Origin: an uncultured bacterium | Lineage (GTDB): Bacteria; Zixibacteria; MSB-5A5; GN15; FEB-12 | Reading direction: 5' to 3' | Assembly: GCA_965372795.1 (NCBI GenBank) | Contig: CBDVDR010000027.1 | Coordinates: forward strand, 1-29,469 | DNA: 29,469 bases | Made by a program: the position numbers and the translations under genes | Part shown: one piece after another, positions 7,872-16,057 of the stretch | How positions within the stretch are numbered: position 1 is the first letter of the stretch | How the letters are laid out: each line of letters begins with the position of its first letter | Notes under the pieces: generated by a model | What the model was told of the DNA's origin: nothing | Databases searched by the model: none | What the model saw: only the letters and a program-made list of their open reading frames with translations

Positions 7872-8651
7872 CTACCCACACGGTACCGGAGCCGGACCAT
7901 TATTAAACATATATTCTATAAGAAAAGTTAGATCAGAAATATTAACTTCTTCATCATTATTTATATCTGCTTCCTCAAAACAAATTGGGTCGTCACCAGC
8001 GTGAAACATGTAATCAACTATAAACGATATATCAGATATAGTAAGAAAACTAATCTCCGTACTGTGATTCATATTGCCTCTATGACGACAACAATCTGAG
8101 ATTGTAAATGTATGCGGACCACTCCACTCAGGCTTTACCTCAGGTCCCGACCAAAGCCAATGGGCATTTGGAGGGTAATAAGAAGAATCAAGAACAATAG
8201 TCTTACCCTGCTGATCATCTGCAAATTGAGTTCTTATTTCTAACACAATTTCATCAAAACCAGGTTCCATACCAACTCCGAACAATTTAAATCCGCCAAA
8301 CCCAAGAGTATCCGCACCTGAACCTGTAACACTATTTGGTTCTATAAAAGTACCCCCATCCATAATCGAAGGACCAATTGCTCCGGTACTTACACCACTA
8401 ATCGGTTCCCAAATAGTACCATCAGTTGAATAAAGCCGATGTCCATTTGTGAATCCCGTCATATTCTCTGGACCATCATTGGTATATCTAATATGAAATG
8501 TAACAGGAACATTTGTAAACAGAACAGAATCACCAATTTCATCTTCATAAAAGAAGCCATCAACATGATCCAAAGAGATAAAATAGCCTTGTGAAAAAAC
8601 AGAACCAGCCATTATGAAAATCACTAATAAGACAATTACAAAATATCTCAT
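7872..8651 (-). CDS. Secreted protein with signal peptide, beta-rich (possibly cohesin-like) domain and C-terminal Cys-flanked dockerin type I-like domain
   Basis: ATG 8651 (AGGGGTG SD) is preferred over TTG 8666 and gives the signal peptide MRYFVIVLLVIFIMAGSVFS/Q. The C-terminus CC..RGNMNHS...TISDISFIVDYMF.AGDDPIC.EEADINNDEEVNISDLTFLIEYMFNNGPAPVPC contains two dockerin-like Ca-loop/helix repeats. Confidence 0.75.
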   Translation of the reverse strand: MRYFVIVLLVIFIMAGSVFSQGYFISLDHVDGFFYEDEIGDSVLFTNVPVTFHIRYTNDGPENMTGFTNGHRLYSTDGTIWEPISGVSTGAIGPSIMDGGTFIEPNSVTGSGADTLGFGGFKLFGVGMEPGFDEIVLEIRTQFADDQQGKTIVLDSSYYPPNAHWLWSGPEVKPEWSGPHTFTISDCCRHRGNMNHSTEISFLTISDISFIVDYMFHAGDDPICFEEADINNDEEVNISDLTFLIEYMFNNGPAPVPCG

Positions 8652-8700
8652 ATCACACCCCTGCAAAGATAGTGTTTATATTTTCTTTGGGTACAGCAAT

Positions 8701-8729
8701 AATATAACAATCTTGGACAATCATGTCAA
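8701..8729 (-). promoter_or_regulatory. Near-consensus sigma70 promoter for the dockerin-domain gene
   Basis: On the minus strand: TTGACA (8729-8724), 17-nt spacer ending TGT, TATATT (8706-8701). This is an extended -10 (TGnTATATT). Confidence 0.6.
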
Positions 8730-8835
8730 TATAATAATCCGTGAATATTCATGGTCTAAATCTACTTTAAAATAAAACTTTCCAAACCGCATAAAACGGC
8801 GTTAATTATTCCATTAAAATTATTGGAAAGGTTTT

Positions 8836-10278
8836 ATGGCTAAGAAAGATAAGAAAAAATCGAATAAAGTTAAACCGCAGGTGCTAAAAGGTTTCCGCGA
8901 TTATCCACCCTCGGAACAAATCGCCCGCGAAAAAATGATCGGCAAAGTCCGCCAGGTCTTCGAACTGATGGGTTTTCTGCCCTTGCAAACAGCTTCCATC
9001 GAATTTGCCGAAACTCTGCTCGGGTCGCACTACACCGAAGATTCACTCAATGAACTGTTCGGCTTTACCGGACCAGACGAAGTTGAGATGGCACTACGCT
9101 ATGAATTCACGCTGTCCTTGGCAAGGTTTGTAGCCGGTTCACCCGAATTAGCTTTACCATTTCGCCGTTACCAATACGGCAATGTCTGGCGCGTCGACAA
9201 ACCGGGTCCGGGACGCTACCGCGAATTTATGCAGTTTGATATTGATATAGTTGGAACTAAAAATCTGCTGGCTGATTCTGAAATTATCGCCGCCATGGTT
9301 ACTACTTTTGAACAGATTGGTGTTGATAATTTTAAAGTGCGTTTTTCCAACCGAAAAATTCTCAACGGCTTAATTGAATTTGCCGGAATCTCTCCCGAGG
9401 TCGGCACTGATGTTATGCGCGTCGTTGACAAACTCGACAAACATGGGCGAGAGGCAGTAATTTTAGAACTTGGTCCCGGGCGCATCGATCAGTCCGGTGA
9501 TAAAATCCCCGGCATTAACATTGAAGATAACCAGATCGCACAGATTGAAAAATTTCTCGATGTTGCCACCACCAAAGGAACCGCAGGTCTTGAAAAAGCA
9601 ATGGATATGCTCGGCGATATTGAAGTCGCCCGTGATGGCATCAATGAACTGTTAGCTATTCAAGGTCACCTTAAGGCGATGGATGTCAATCTGTCCAATA
9701 CCGAAATCGACCTGACCATTGTTCGCGGGCTTGGCTATTATACCGGACCGGTCTTTGAAACCAGTCTGCTTGATTTGCCCGAGTTTGGTTCAGTATTCTC
9801 AGGCGGACGATACGACAATCTGGTTGACCGTTTCCTCGGCCGTTCAATTCCCGGAGTCGGCTCCTCGATTGGAATCGACCGACTGTTGGCGGCACTGATT
9901 CAACTTAATGCGCTTGAGTTGGAACAGTCGACCTCCAAAGTTTTAGTCACCGTCATGGATCGTGAACGATTGAACGATTATCTTAAAATGCTGACTGAAA
10001 TCCGCAATGCCGGAATACCGGCGGAAATTTTTACCGGTGACACTAAAAATTTGACCAAGCAGGTCAAGTATGGCGACAAAGTTGGAATTCCGTTTGCGGT
10101 AATAGCCGGATCGGATGAGTTTGATAATAACAAAGTCACCGTGAAGAATCTTGAAGCAGGCCGTCAGAAAGCCAAGGAAACAACTGATCGTGAGGAATGG
10201 CTCAAAGCCGAAGATATCCAAGTGACCATTCCCAGAGACGAGTTAATCACGTATTTGAAACAGCACTTAAAAAAATAG
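8836..10278 (+). CDS. hisS: Histidine--tRNA ligase
   Basis: KGFRDY, ALRYEFT, RRYQYGNVWRVDKPGPGRYREFMQFDID, IVRGLGYYTG, GGRYDNL, GVGSSIGIDR and a C-terminal anticodon-binding domain. Confidence 0.97.
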   Translation: MAKKDKKKSNKVKPQVLKGFRDYPPSEQIAREKMIGKVRQVFELMGFLPLQTASIEFAETLLGSHYTEDSLNELFGFTGPDEVEMALRYEFTLSLARFVAGSPELALPFRRYQYGNVWRVDKPGPGRYREFMQFDIDIVGTKNLLADSEIIAAMVTTFEQIGVDNFKVRFSNRKILNGLIEFAGISPEVGTDVMRVVDKLDKHGREAVILELGPGRIDQSGDKIPGINIEDNQIAQIEKFLDVATTKGTAGLEKAMDMLGDIEVARDGINELLAIQGHLKAMDVNLSNTEIDLTIVRGLGYYTGPVFETSLLDLPEFGSVFSGGRYDNLVDRFLGRSIPGVGSSIGIDRLLAALIQLNALELEQSTSKVLVTVMDRERLNDYLKMLTEIRNAGIPAEIFTGDTKNLTKQVKYGDKVGIPFAVIAGSDEFDNNKVTVKNLEAGRQKAKETTDREEWLKAEDIQVTIPRDELITYLKQHLKK

Positions 10279-10293
10279 ACAACTGCGACCGTT

Positions 10294-10492
10294 ACACACC
10301 AAGTGTGTCATTGCGAGCGTAGCGTGGCAATCTCTCTTCGTAGGGCAGAGTTCACCGAGACCTGTCAGTTAAAACACACCGTGTGTGTCTTGAGTAGGTC
10401 AGGAGCCCTGCGCTCCTGACATCTTTATTTTCTTCGTAGGTCGAAACTCCTGCAGTTTCAACGGGTGCCACTCTCAAACTTGTTTTAGATGT
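10294..10492. repeat. Cluster of REP-like palindromic repeats
   Basis: Three GTAG-footed hairpins (10340-10366, 10394-10420, 10436-10462). Two ACACAC-nnn-GTGTGT palindromes (10294-10308, 10374-10388). One TGTCATTGCGAG...GCAATCTC element (10306-10334). One further imperfect hairpin at ~10468-10492. Confidence 0.75.
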
Positions 10493-10524
10493 GAAATGAA
10501 AATTCTAACCTACTGAGTTCCCAT

Positions 10525-12033
10525 TCAAATAAAAGAAGTCATAATTTCTTTCACAGAATTTATCACCGTAGATATTTTTTCTCCATATAAATCTATAACG
10601 ATTTTAGAACTATAAAACACAATAGCGATTGAAGCGGCCGTAACAAGACCGTTAAACGTCATCGCCATAATTTTATTGATTAAGGTCGAAATTTTCGGAG
10701 GAAGTTTATCGATCAGAATATTTGAACCAAAAGTACGGCTCAATATATATTTGAGCGGGATAACATCATTCCAATAAGCAACATGAGCCATCCCCGGGAT
10801 ATGCCAAATTTTTACATGATGATTATCCGGACATTTATTCGCACAGATATAATCATCCTCCAGGTGTCCCGAAACCGGATCCCAGGCGTGGTAAAAATTA
10901 ACCCACCAGTCGACATTATTGTCATCTTCGTATTCATCTTCAAAATATTTGTCGTCAATTTCGGGCCACGGTGTTAATCGATTGGGGAAGAGGTTTGCAA
11001 TTTTGTCAAGGGGACTGCCCATAGTGATAAACTTTTTAAATGAACGTTTGAATTTTTTAACACCTTGTAGCTGATTCATATACTTTTCAGGTTCACCTTT
11101 GGCCTTTTCTGTAATCTCGTTTGCGCGATGAAGTAAATCCGAAAGCACGTTATAACTTATCACAGTTCCCAAACTATGCGAAACCCAGACTATCCGGTCA
11201 AAATCTACGTTTTCTCCGGAGGCTTTTAATTGCTTATCAGCTTCGTAAATTTGATTAAAATCCCAGTCAAGTTCGAGCATGTGTAGAAACCGTTTTCGAA
11301 CCCGAAACTCTATTCGCTGAGCTATTGCATGTTCGGTGACCCCTTTAGGTTCCAGATACAACCGGAGATCGTTTAAAAATCCACTGATGATTTTGGGACT
11401 TTTTACCAGAGCAAACAACCATGTTATTAGCAACGGTATCTGGATTATTAAAAAGAGGATCGTAGAAACCCAGTTAAATTCATTCATTTTACTGGTGTAC
11501 AAAGTTTTCGTTATACCGGCTTTGTCTTTAACCAGCTTTCTGGGGGAAATCAATCTTAACTGTTGTTTGATCAACCACTTTATTGTGCGAAGGTTGCCGA
11601 AGGCTCTTTTATACCAGAGGTTTTTGAAAAATTTCTGAGATTCCGGATTAAAATATTCCCAGTCAACCGGAAATGTTTCTTCAAGTTCGGCGTAATTCCC
11701 CCAGTAGCCTTCGTGCATAAAGGGCGGCATCAAATAGGCGTTTTTATCTTTGAGCTTTTCTTTGGAAAATTTACGCTGAACATTTTCAAGCCCCGAACGT
11801 AATTCGACGGCGGTGTCAGTGCGTTGCTGCATCCCTATTCCATGGACAACAAAAATGGCTGTTTTACGGCTGGGATGTTCGATGAAAATTCGTTTTTCGC
11901 CGGATGAATTCAGTTCAAGTTTTGGATTGCTCATTTTAAAATGCCACGGAAACCCGTTTAGATCGTCCGTTTTTTTTCGTAAATTGAATAAATCCAATTT
12001 AGATTCATTGTCATCTTCATGATTTTCAAACAT
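10525..12033 (-). CDS. Membrane-associated alpha/beta-hydrolase-fold protein (putative lipase/phospholipase)
   Basis: VVHGIG oxyanion-hole motif, nucleophile elbow WVSHSLGTVISY, FITMGSPL, WVNFYHAWDPVSG (Asp) and AHVAYW (His). Hydrophobic segments lie mid-protein and near the C-terminus. GAGG SD upstream. Confidence 0.65.
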   Translation of the reverse strand: MFENHEDDNESKLDLFNLRKKTDDLNGFPWHFKMSNPKLELNSSGEKRIFIEHPSRKTAIFVVHGIGMQQRTDTAVELRSGLENVQRKFSKEKLKDKNAYLMPPFMHEGYWGNYAELEETFPVDWEYFNPESQKFFKNLWYKRAFGNLRTIKWLIKQQLRLISPRKLVKDKAGITKTLYTSKMNEFNWVSTILFLIIQIPLLITWLFALVKSPKIISGFLNDLRLYLEPKGVTEHAIAQRIEFRVRKRFLHMLELDWDFNQIYEADKQLKASGENVDFDRIVWVSHSLGTVISYNVLSDLLHRANEITEKAKGEPEKYMNQLQGVKKFKRSFKKFITMGSPLDKIANLFPNRLTPWPEIDDKYFEDEYEDDNNVDWWVNFYHAWDPVSGHLEDDYICANKCPDNHHVKIWHIPGMAHVAYWNDVIPLKYILSRTFGSNILIDKLPPKISTLINKIMAMTFNGLVTAASIAIVFYSSKIVIDLYGEKISTVINSVKEIMTSFI

Positions 12034-12074
12034 AAGTAAACCTCGCGTTAAAAGGTGTGCTCAGCGTTGAAATT

Positions 12075-12196
12075 TCGTTGTGATTTTTCCCTGTTTGAAA
12101 ATAGATATTTATTGCATTAATTGTCAAGTTAATAAATCACAACGATGGGAACAATAAGTAGATTGAACCAACAAAATCACAGTTACCTGCGATTTT
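12075..12196. promoter_or_regulatory. Four copies of an AAATCRCA motif as two inverted pairs, the first pair flanking a putative minus-strand promoter
   Basis: TCGTTGTGATTT (12075-12086) and AAATCACAACGA (12134-12145) form a perfect 12-bp inverted repeat around minus-strand TTGACA (12127-12122)-N18-TATTTT. A second pair is AAAATCACAG-ttac-CTGCGATTTT (12173-12196). Confidence 0.5.
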
Positions 12197-12220
12197 AACA
12201 TTTTGGCAGTAAATTAGTTC

Positions 12221-12337
12221 GTAGGGAAGAACCCCACCTTTGGCTGACTATTAGCCTTTAGTGGTTCTGCCATTCCGTTCGATCTACCAAAGAAATGCGA
12301 ACTGAGATTGCTTCATCGCTTCGCTCCTCGCAATACA
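12221..12337. repeat. Second REP-like repeat cluster
   Basis: GTAG-GGAAGAACC...GGTTCTGCC hairpin (12221-12271) with an internal GGCTGA/TTAGCC stem. GAGATTGCTTCATCGCTTCGCTCCTCGCAATACA (12304-12337) is an inverted relative of 10306-10334. Confidence 0.65.
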
Positions 12338-12366
12338 GATGGTTAATTACATCTAATAGATTTTTA

Positions 12367-12395
12367 TTGACAGATTTCTAATACAAGCCTAATTT
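12367..12395 (+). promoter_or_regulatory. Putative sigma70 promoter for the ROK kinase operon
   Basis: TTGACA (12367-12372), 17-nt spacer, TAATTT (12390-12395). Confidence 0.5.
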
Positions 12396-12488
12396 TATCA
12401 GGCAACATAGTGGGGCAACTCGGTGCTTTGATATGTTAAGATAGTTATATGTTAATTGTAGGACAAACAAACGAAGTTTGGAATTCCA

Positions 12489-13463
12489 ATGGCTGATAAT
12501 TTTGCGTACGCAGGAATAGATATTGGCGGAACCAACGTCAAATTCGGACTGATCGACAAATCCGGAAATATCATTCATAAAAATCAACGCCCAACCCTCG
12601 CTGAAAAAGGGTCGACACCCTTGATGCATCTGATAACCAATATCGGCGAACAGCTGATGCTCTTAGCCTCCGAAGAAAATCTTGAGATCAAAAGCTTAGG
12701 CGTCGGAACCGCCGGCGCAGTCGATTTTTCAAGCGGGAAAGTTGTAGGACCATGCCCGAATATCCCCGGATGGCAGGGAATGGAAGTCGGTAAAATTCTA
12801 CGGGAACGACTCAATATCCCGGTTTATGTTGATAATGATGTCAACGCCATGGCGCTCGCAGAATCGACTTTTGGCTCGGCAGTCGGGTATAAGGATGTAG
12901 TCTGTCTGACCCTCGGAACCGGAGTCGGAGGCGGTTTGATCATTAACGGGAAAGTCTATCGGGGCGCAGATTCTTCGGCTGGCGAACTGGGTCATATGAC
13001 AATCAATTTTGACGGGCCGGTTTGTAAGTGCGGAAATAAAGGCTGTTTTGAAGTTTACTGTTCATCACAGGCAATATTAGGCAGGGCTAAGGCAATGCTC
13101 AAGAAGGAGATGACAGACATATTTGAAGAAGTTCTTAAAGGCGATCTGGATCAATTGACAATTAAGAAATTTTTCATAGCTTATCGTAAAGGTGATAAGA
13201 CAGCAAATTATGTACTTGAGGAGACAGCCACCTATGTCGGGGCAGGAGTCGGGGGCGTAGTGAATCTTTTTAACCCATCAGTCGTAGTAATTGGTGGAGG
13301 AATAGCCGAAGGAAGTAATGGATTCATCGATCTGATCACAAAAGAGGTCGGCACGAGAGCATTTTCCTCGGCGGTAGAGAATTTGAAAATTGTAAAAGCA
13401 GCTTTGGGTAACGATGCCGGATTTATCGGGGCGGGATTGCTCGGAGAAACTATAAAGGAATAA
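12489..13463 (+). CDS. ROK family sugar kinase (glucokinase-like)
   Basis: GIDIGGTN ATP-binding motif, DNDVNAMALAE, LGTGVGGG, AGELGH, Zn motif CKCGNKGCFE and GNDAGFIGA. No N-terminal HTH, so a kinase rather than a repressor. Confidence 0.92.
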   Translation: MADNFAYAGIDIGGTNVKFGLIDKSGNIIHKNQRPTLAEKGSTPLMHLITNIGEQLMLLASEENLEIKSLGVGTAGAVDFSSGKVVGPCPNIPGWQGMEVGKILRERLNIPVYVDNDVNAMALAESTFGSAVGYKDVVCLTLGTGVGGGLIINGKVYRGADSSAGELGHMTINFDGPVCKCGNKGCFEVYCSSQAILGRAKAMLKKEMTDIFEEVLKGDLDQLTIKKFFIAYRKGDKTANYVLEETATYVGAGVGGVVNLFNPSVVVIGGGIAEGSNGFIDLITKEVGTRAFSSAVENLKIVKAALGNDAGFIGAGLLGETIKE

Positions 13464-13465
13464 TA

Positions 13466-13840
13466 ATGACACAACAAATCGAGCCGGAAACATCTCTTAG
13501 TTTTCGAATAGCCGGAATGTACGGATTGATATTTTCATGCTGTTTTTTGATTTATGGAGCCGTTAAGATCGTATTGGGGTTTCTTGATCGGAATTATACC
13601 GATATGGGAAATCCGATTTTCTATTTAATCGTGGGTTTGGTCCTGATTGCCTTCGTAATCGCTTATCGGGAGTTTAAAAAATGGGGCTGGTACGGGATGG
13701 TGGCAATAAATGGTCTGGTGGTTATTTTGGGAATAGTGATGTATAATCATTATATAGACATCATAACGTTGGTTTTGTCGGGAATAGTGCTTTATTTTCT
13801 CTTCTCAAAGTCGACGAGGCAGTATTTTTTGAAAAGTTGA
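13466..13840 (+). CDS. Small four-TM membrane protein of unknown function
   Basis: Four hydrophobic helices. Starts 2 nt after the ROK stop, with an AAGGA SD. Confidence 0.7.
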   Translation: MTQQIEPETSLSFRIAGMYGLIFSCCFLIYGAVKIVLGFLDRNYTDMGNPIFYLIVGLVLIAFVIAYREFKKWGWYGMVAINGLVVILGIVMYNHYIDIITLVLSGIVLYFLFSKSTRQYFLKS

Positions 13841-13851
13841 ATATTTTTTCA

Positions 13852-13879
13852 TTGACATATTTGAAAAAAACAATACTTT
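13852..13879 (+). promoter_or_regulatory. Putative sigma70 promoter for tRNA-Phe
   Basis: TTGACA (13852-13857), 16-nt spacer, TACTTT (13874-13879). Confidence 0.45.
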
Positions 13880-13934
13880 CCCTAAATAATATTTGATAAA
13901 CAATCATTGATTAATTTTGATGATCGTTTAAGTT

Positions 13935-14007
<73 letters not shown>

Positions 14008-14094
14008 CTTTTTTATGCCTTTCAGAGCCTATAAATCCACCTGAAAATAATTGTTGATAATCAAGGGCTGAAATTGTACACTTACCTAAATATT

Positions 14095-15156
14095 ATGAGA
14101 AAAAGTAAAACTAATAAGAATGTTCTTATAACAGGCGGCGCGGGATTTATCGGGTCAAACCTGTTGTTACATATGGTTCCAAAATACAGCGATTATAATT
14201 TTATCAATATCGACTGTTTGACGTATGCGGCGAATTTATCGAATTTGAAAGCGATTGAGAATTGCGAGAATTACCGTTTTAAGAAGGTTGATATTCGGGA
14301 TATGGCAGGCTTGAGGACTGTATTTGAAGAGTTTGAGGTGGATTCTCTGATTCATCTGGCAGCGGAGTCTCATGTTGACCGGTCGATAGAGGGACCGGGG
14401 GATTTTATCACAACGAATATACTGGGGACGTTTAATCTTTTGGAGATTGCCAAAGAGAAGCATCTGGATGGGAAACCGTTCCGGTTTCATCATGTCTCGA
14501 CAGATGAAGTGTACGGGTCATTAGGGGATGAAGGATTTTTCACCGAAGCGACCTCTTATAAGCCGAACTCGCCCTATTCAGCCTCGAAAGCATCGAGTGA
14601 TCATTTGGTTCGGGCGTATCATAAGACCTATGGGTTGGATGTGGTTACGACGAATTGTTCGAATAATTATGGTCCTTATCAGTTTCCTGAGAAGTTACTG
14701 CCTTTGATGATAAAAAATTGTCAGGACCGAAAACCATTACCGGTTTATGGGGATGGGGAGAATGTGCGGGACTGGTTGTATGTTGAGGATCATTGTACGG
14801 CACTTGATCTGGTTTTTCATAATGGAGAAACAGGTCAGACTTATAATATCGGCGGACATAATGAGATATCGAATATCAAACTTATAAAGCTAATCTGTGC
14901 GGTGATGGATGAAAAACTTGGCGGGGCGAAACATGAGGAGTTGATTACGTTTGTGAAAGATCGTCCGGGACATGATAAAAGGTATGCGATTGATGCTTCT
15001 TTTATTGAAAAGGAACTGGGCTGGACGCCGAAGCATAATTTTACGAACGGTCTGAGAATGACAATTGAATGGTATTTGGACAATAATGAATGGCTGGATA
15101 ATTGCTGCAGTGGTAATTATTTGAAATATTACGAAGATATGTACGCAAATCGTTAG
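14095..15156 (+). CDS. rfbB: dTDP-glucose 4,6-dehydratase
   Basis: [49 protein letters not shown] and [12 protein letters not shown]. The start is uncertain (ATG 14095 or TTG 14074). Confidence 0.96.
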   Translation: MRKSKTNKNVLITGGAGFIGSNLLLHMVPKYSDYNFINIDCLTYAANLSNLKAIENCENYRFKKVDIRDMAGLRTVFEEFEVDSLIHLAAESHVDRSIEGPGDFITTNILGTFNLLEIAKEKHLDGKPFRFHHVSTDEVYGSLGDEGFFTEATSYKPNSPYSASKASSDHLVRAYHKTYGLDVVTTNCSNNYGPYQFPEKLLPLMIKNCQDRKPLPVYGDGENVRDWLYVEDHCTALDLVFHNGETGQTYNIGGHNEISNIKLIKLICAVMDEKLGGAKHEELITFVKDRPGHDKRYAIDASFIEKELGWTPKHNFTNGLRMTIEWYLDNNEWLDNCCSGNYLKYYEDMYANR

Positions 15157-15163
15157 GGTATAG

Positions 15164-16057
15164 ATGTCAGATAAGAAAACTAAAGGAATTATATTAGCCG
15201 GTGGAAGTGGGACGCGGTTGTATCCGATCACCGAGGTTGCCTGTAAACAATTGCTGCCGATATATGACAAGCCGATGATTTATTATCCGCTGTCGACACT
15301 TATGGAATGCGGAGTTCGGGATGTTTTGATAATATCTACTCCTAAAGATCTGCCTCAAATAAAGCAGTTGTTTAAATCAGGGGCTGATTTAGGGATTAAT
15401 ATTGAATATAAAGTTCAGGACAAACCGGCCGGGATCGCCCAGGCATTTTTGATCGGGAAAGAATTTATCGGTAATGATGATGTGATGCTGATTTTGGGTG
15501 ATAATATTTTTTATGGTGCAATAGATTATCAAAAGTATGTTGGAGATTTTGAAGGCGGAGCCCTGGTGTTCGGCTATAAAGTTAATGATCCGGAGCGATA
15601 CGGGGTCGTTGAGTTTAAAGAAAATGGCAGTGTTGTTTCAATTGAAGAAAAACCTATCAAAGCCAAATCAAATTATGCCGTTACCGGACTTTATCTTTAT
15701 GATTCAAAAGTTGTAAGTATCGCTGAAAATTTGAAGCCATCCAATCGGGGCGAACTGGAAATTACAGATGTCAATAATGCTTATCTAAAGTTGAATAAAC
15801 TAAAGGTTGTGAAACTTGGAAGAGGCATTGCCTGGCTTGATACCGGAACTCAGGAAAGTATGCTTGATGCGGGTGAGTTTATTGCAACGATTGAAAAACG
15901 TCAAGGACAGAAAATCGCCTGTATTGAAGAGATCGCCTTTAAAATGAATTATATCGACCAGTTGCAACTTCAGCAAATCATAGATAAAATGAATGACAAC
16001 TCATCATACAAGCAATATTTGAGAACCGTGTTGTTAGATGCCAATGGGTTATTCTAA
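15164..16057 (+). CDS. rfbA: Glucose-1-phosphate thymidylyltransferase
   Basis: GIILAGGSGTRLYP, KQLLPIYDKPMIYYPLS, LGDNIF, EEKP, RGELEITD and WLDTGT. Confidence 0.97.
   Translation: MSDKKTKGIILAGGSGTRLYPITEVACKQLLPIYDKPMIYYPLSTLMECGVRDVLIISTPKDLPQIKQLFKSGADLGINIEYKVQDKPAGIAQAFLIGKEFIGNDDVMLILGDNIFYGAIDYQKYVGDFEGGALVFGYKVNDPERYGVVEFKENGSVVSIEEKPIKAKSNYAVTGLYLYDSKVVSIAENLKPSNRGELEITDVNNAYLKLNKLKVVKLGRGIAWLDTGTQESMLDAGEFIATIEKRQGQKIACIEEIAFKMNYIDQLQLQQIIDKMNDNSSYKQYLRTVLLDANGLF

Noticed and set aside
8901..8909. DnaA-box-like TTATCCACC
   Set aside because: A single imperfect copy inside hisS coding sequence, with no cluster and no dnaA nearby.
10294..10492. Possible CRISPR array
   Set aside because: The units are heterogeneous hairpins without constant repeat and spacer lengths, and no cas genes are present. 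REP-like repeats fit better.
12489..13463. ROK protein as a transcriptional repressor, or as the dedicated ManNAc/mannose kinase of the nonulosonate module
   Set aside because: It has no HTH domain. It is separated from the glycan locus by another gene and tRNA-Phe, and substrate specificity cannot be read from the sequence.
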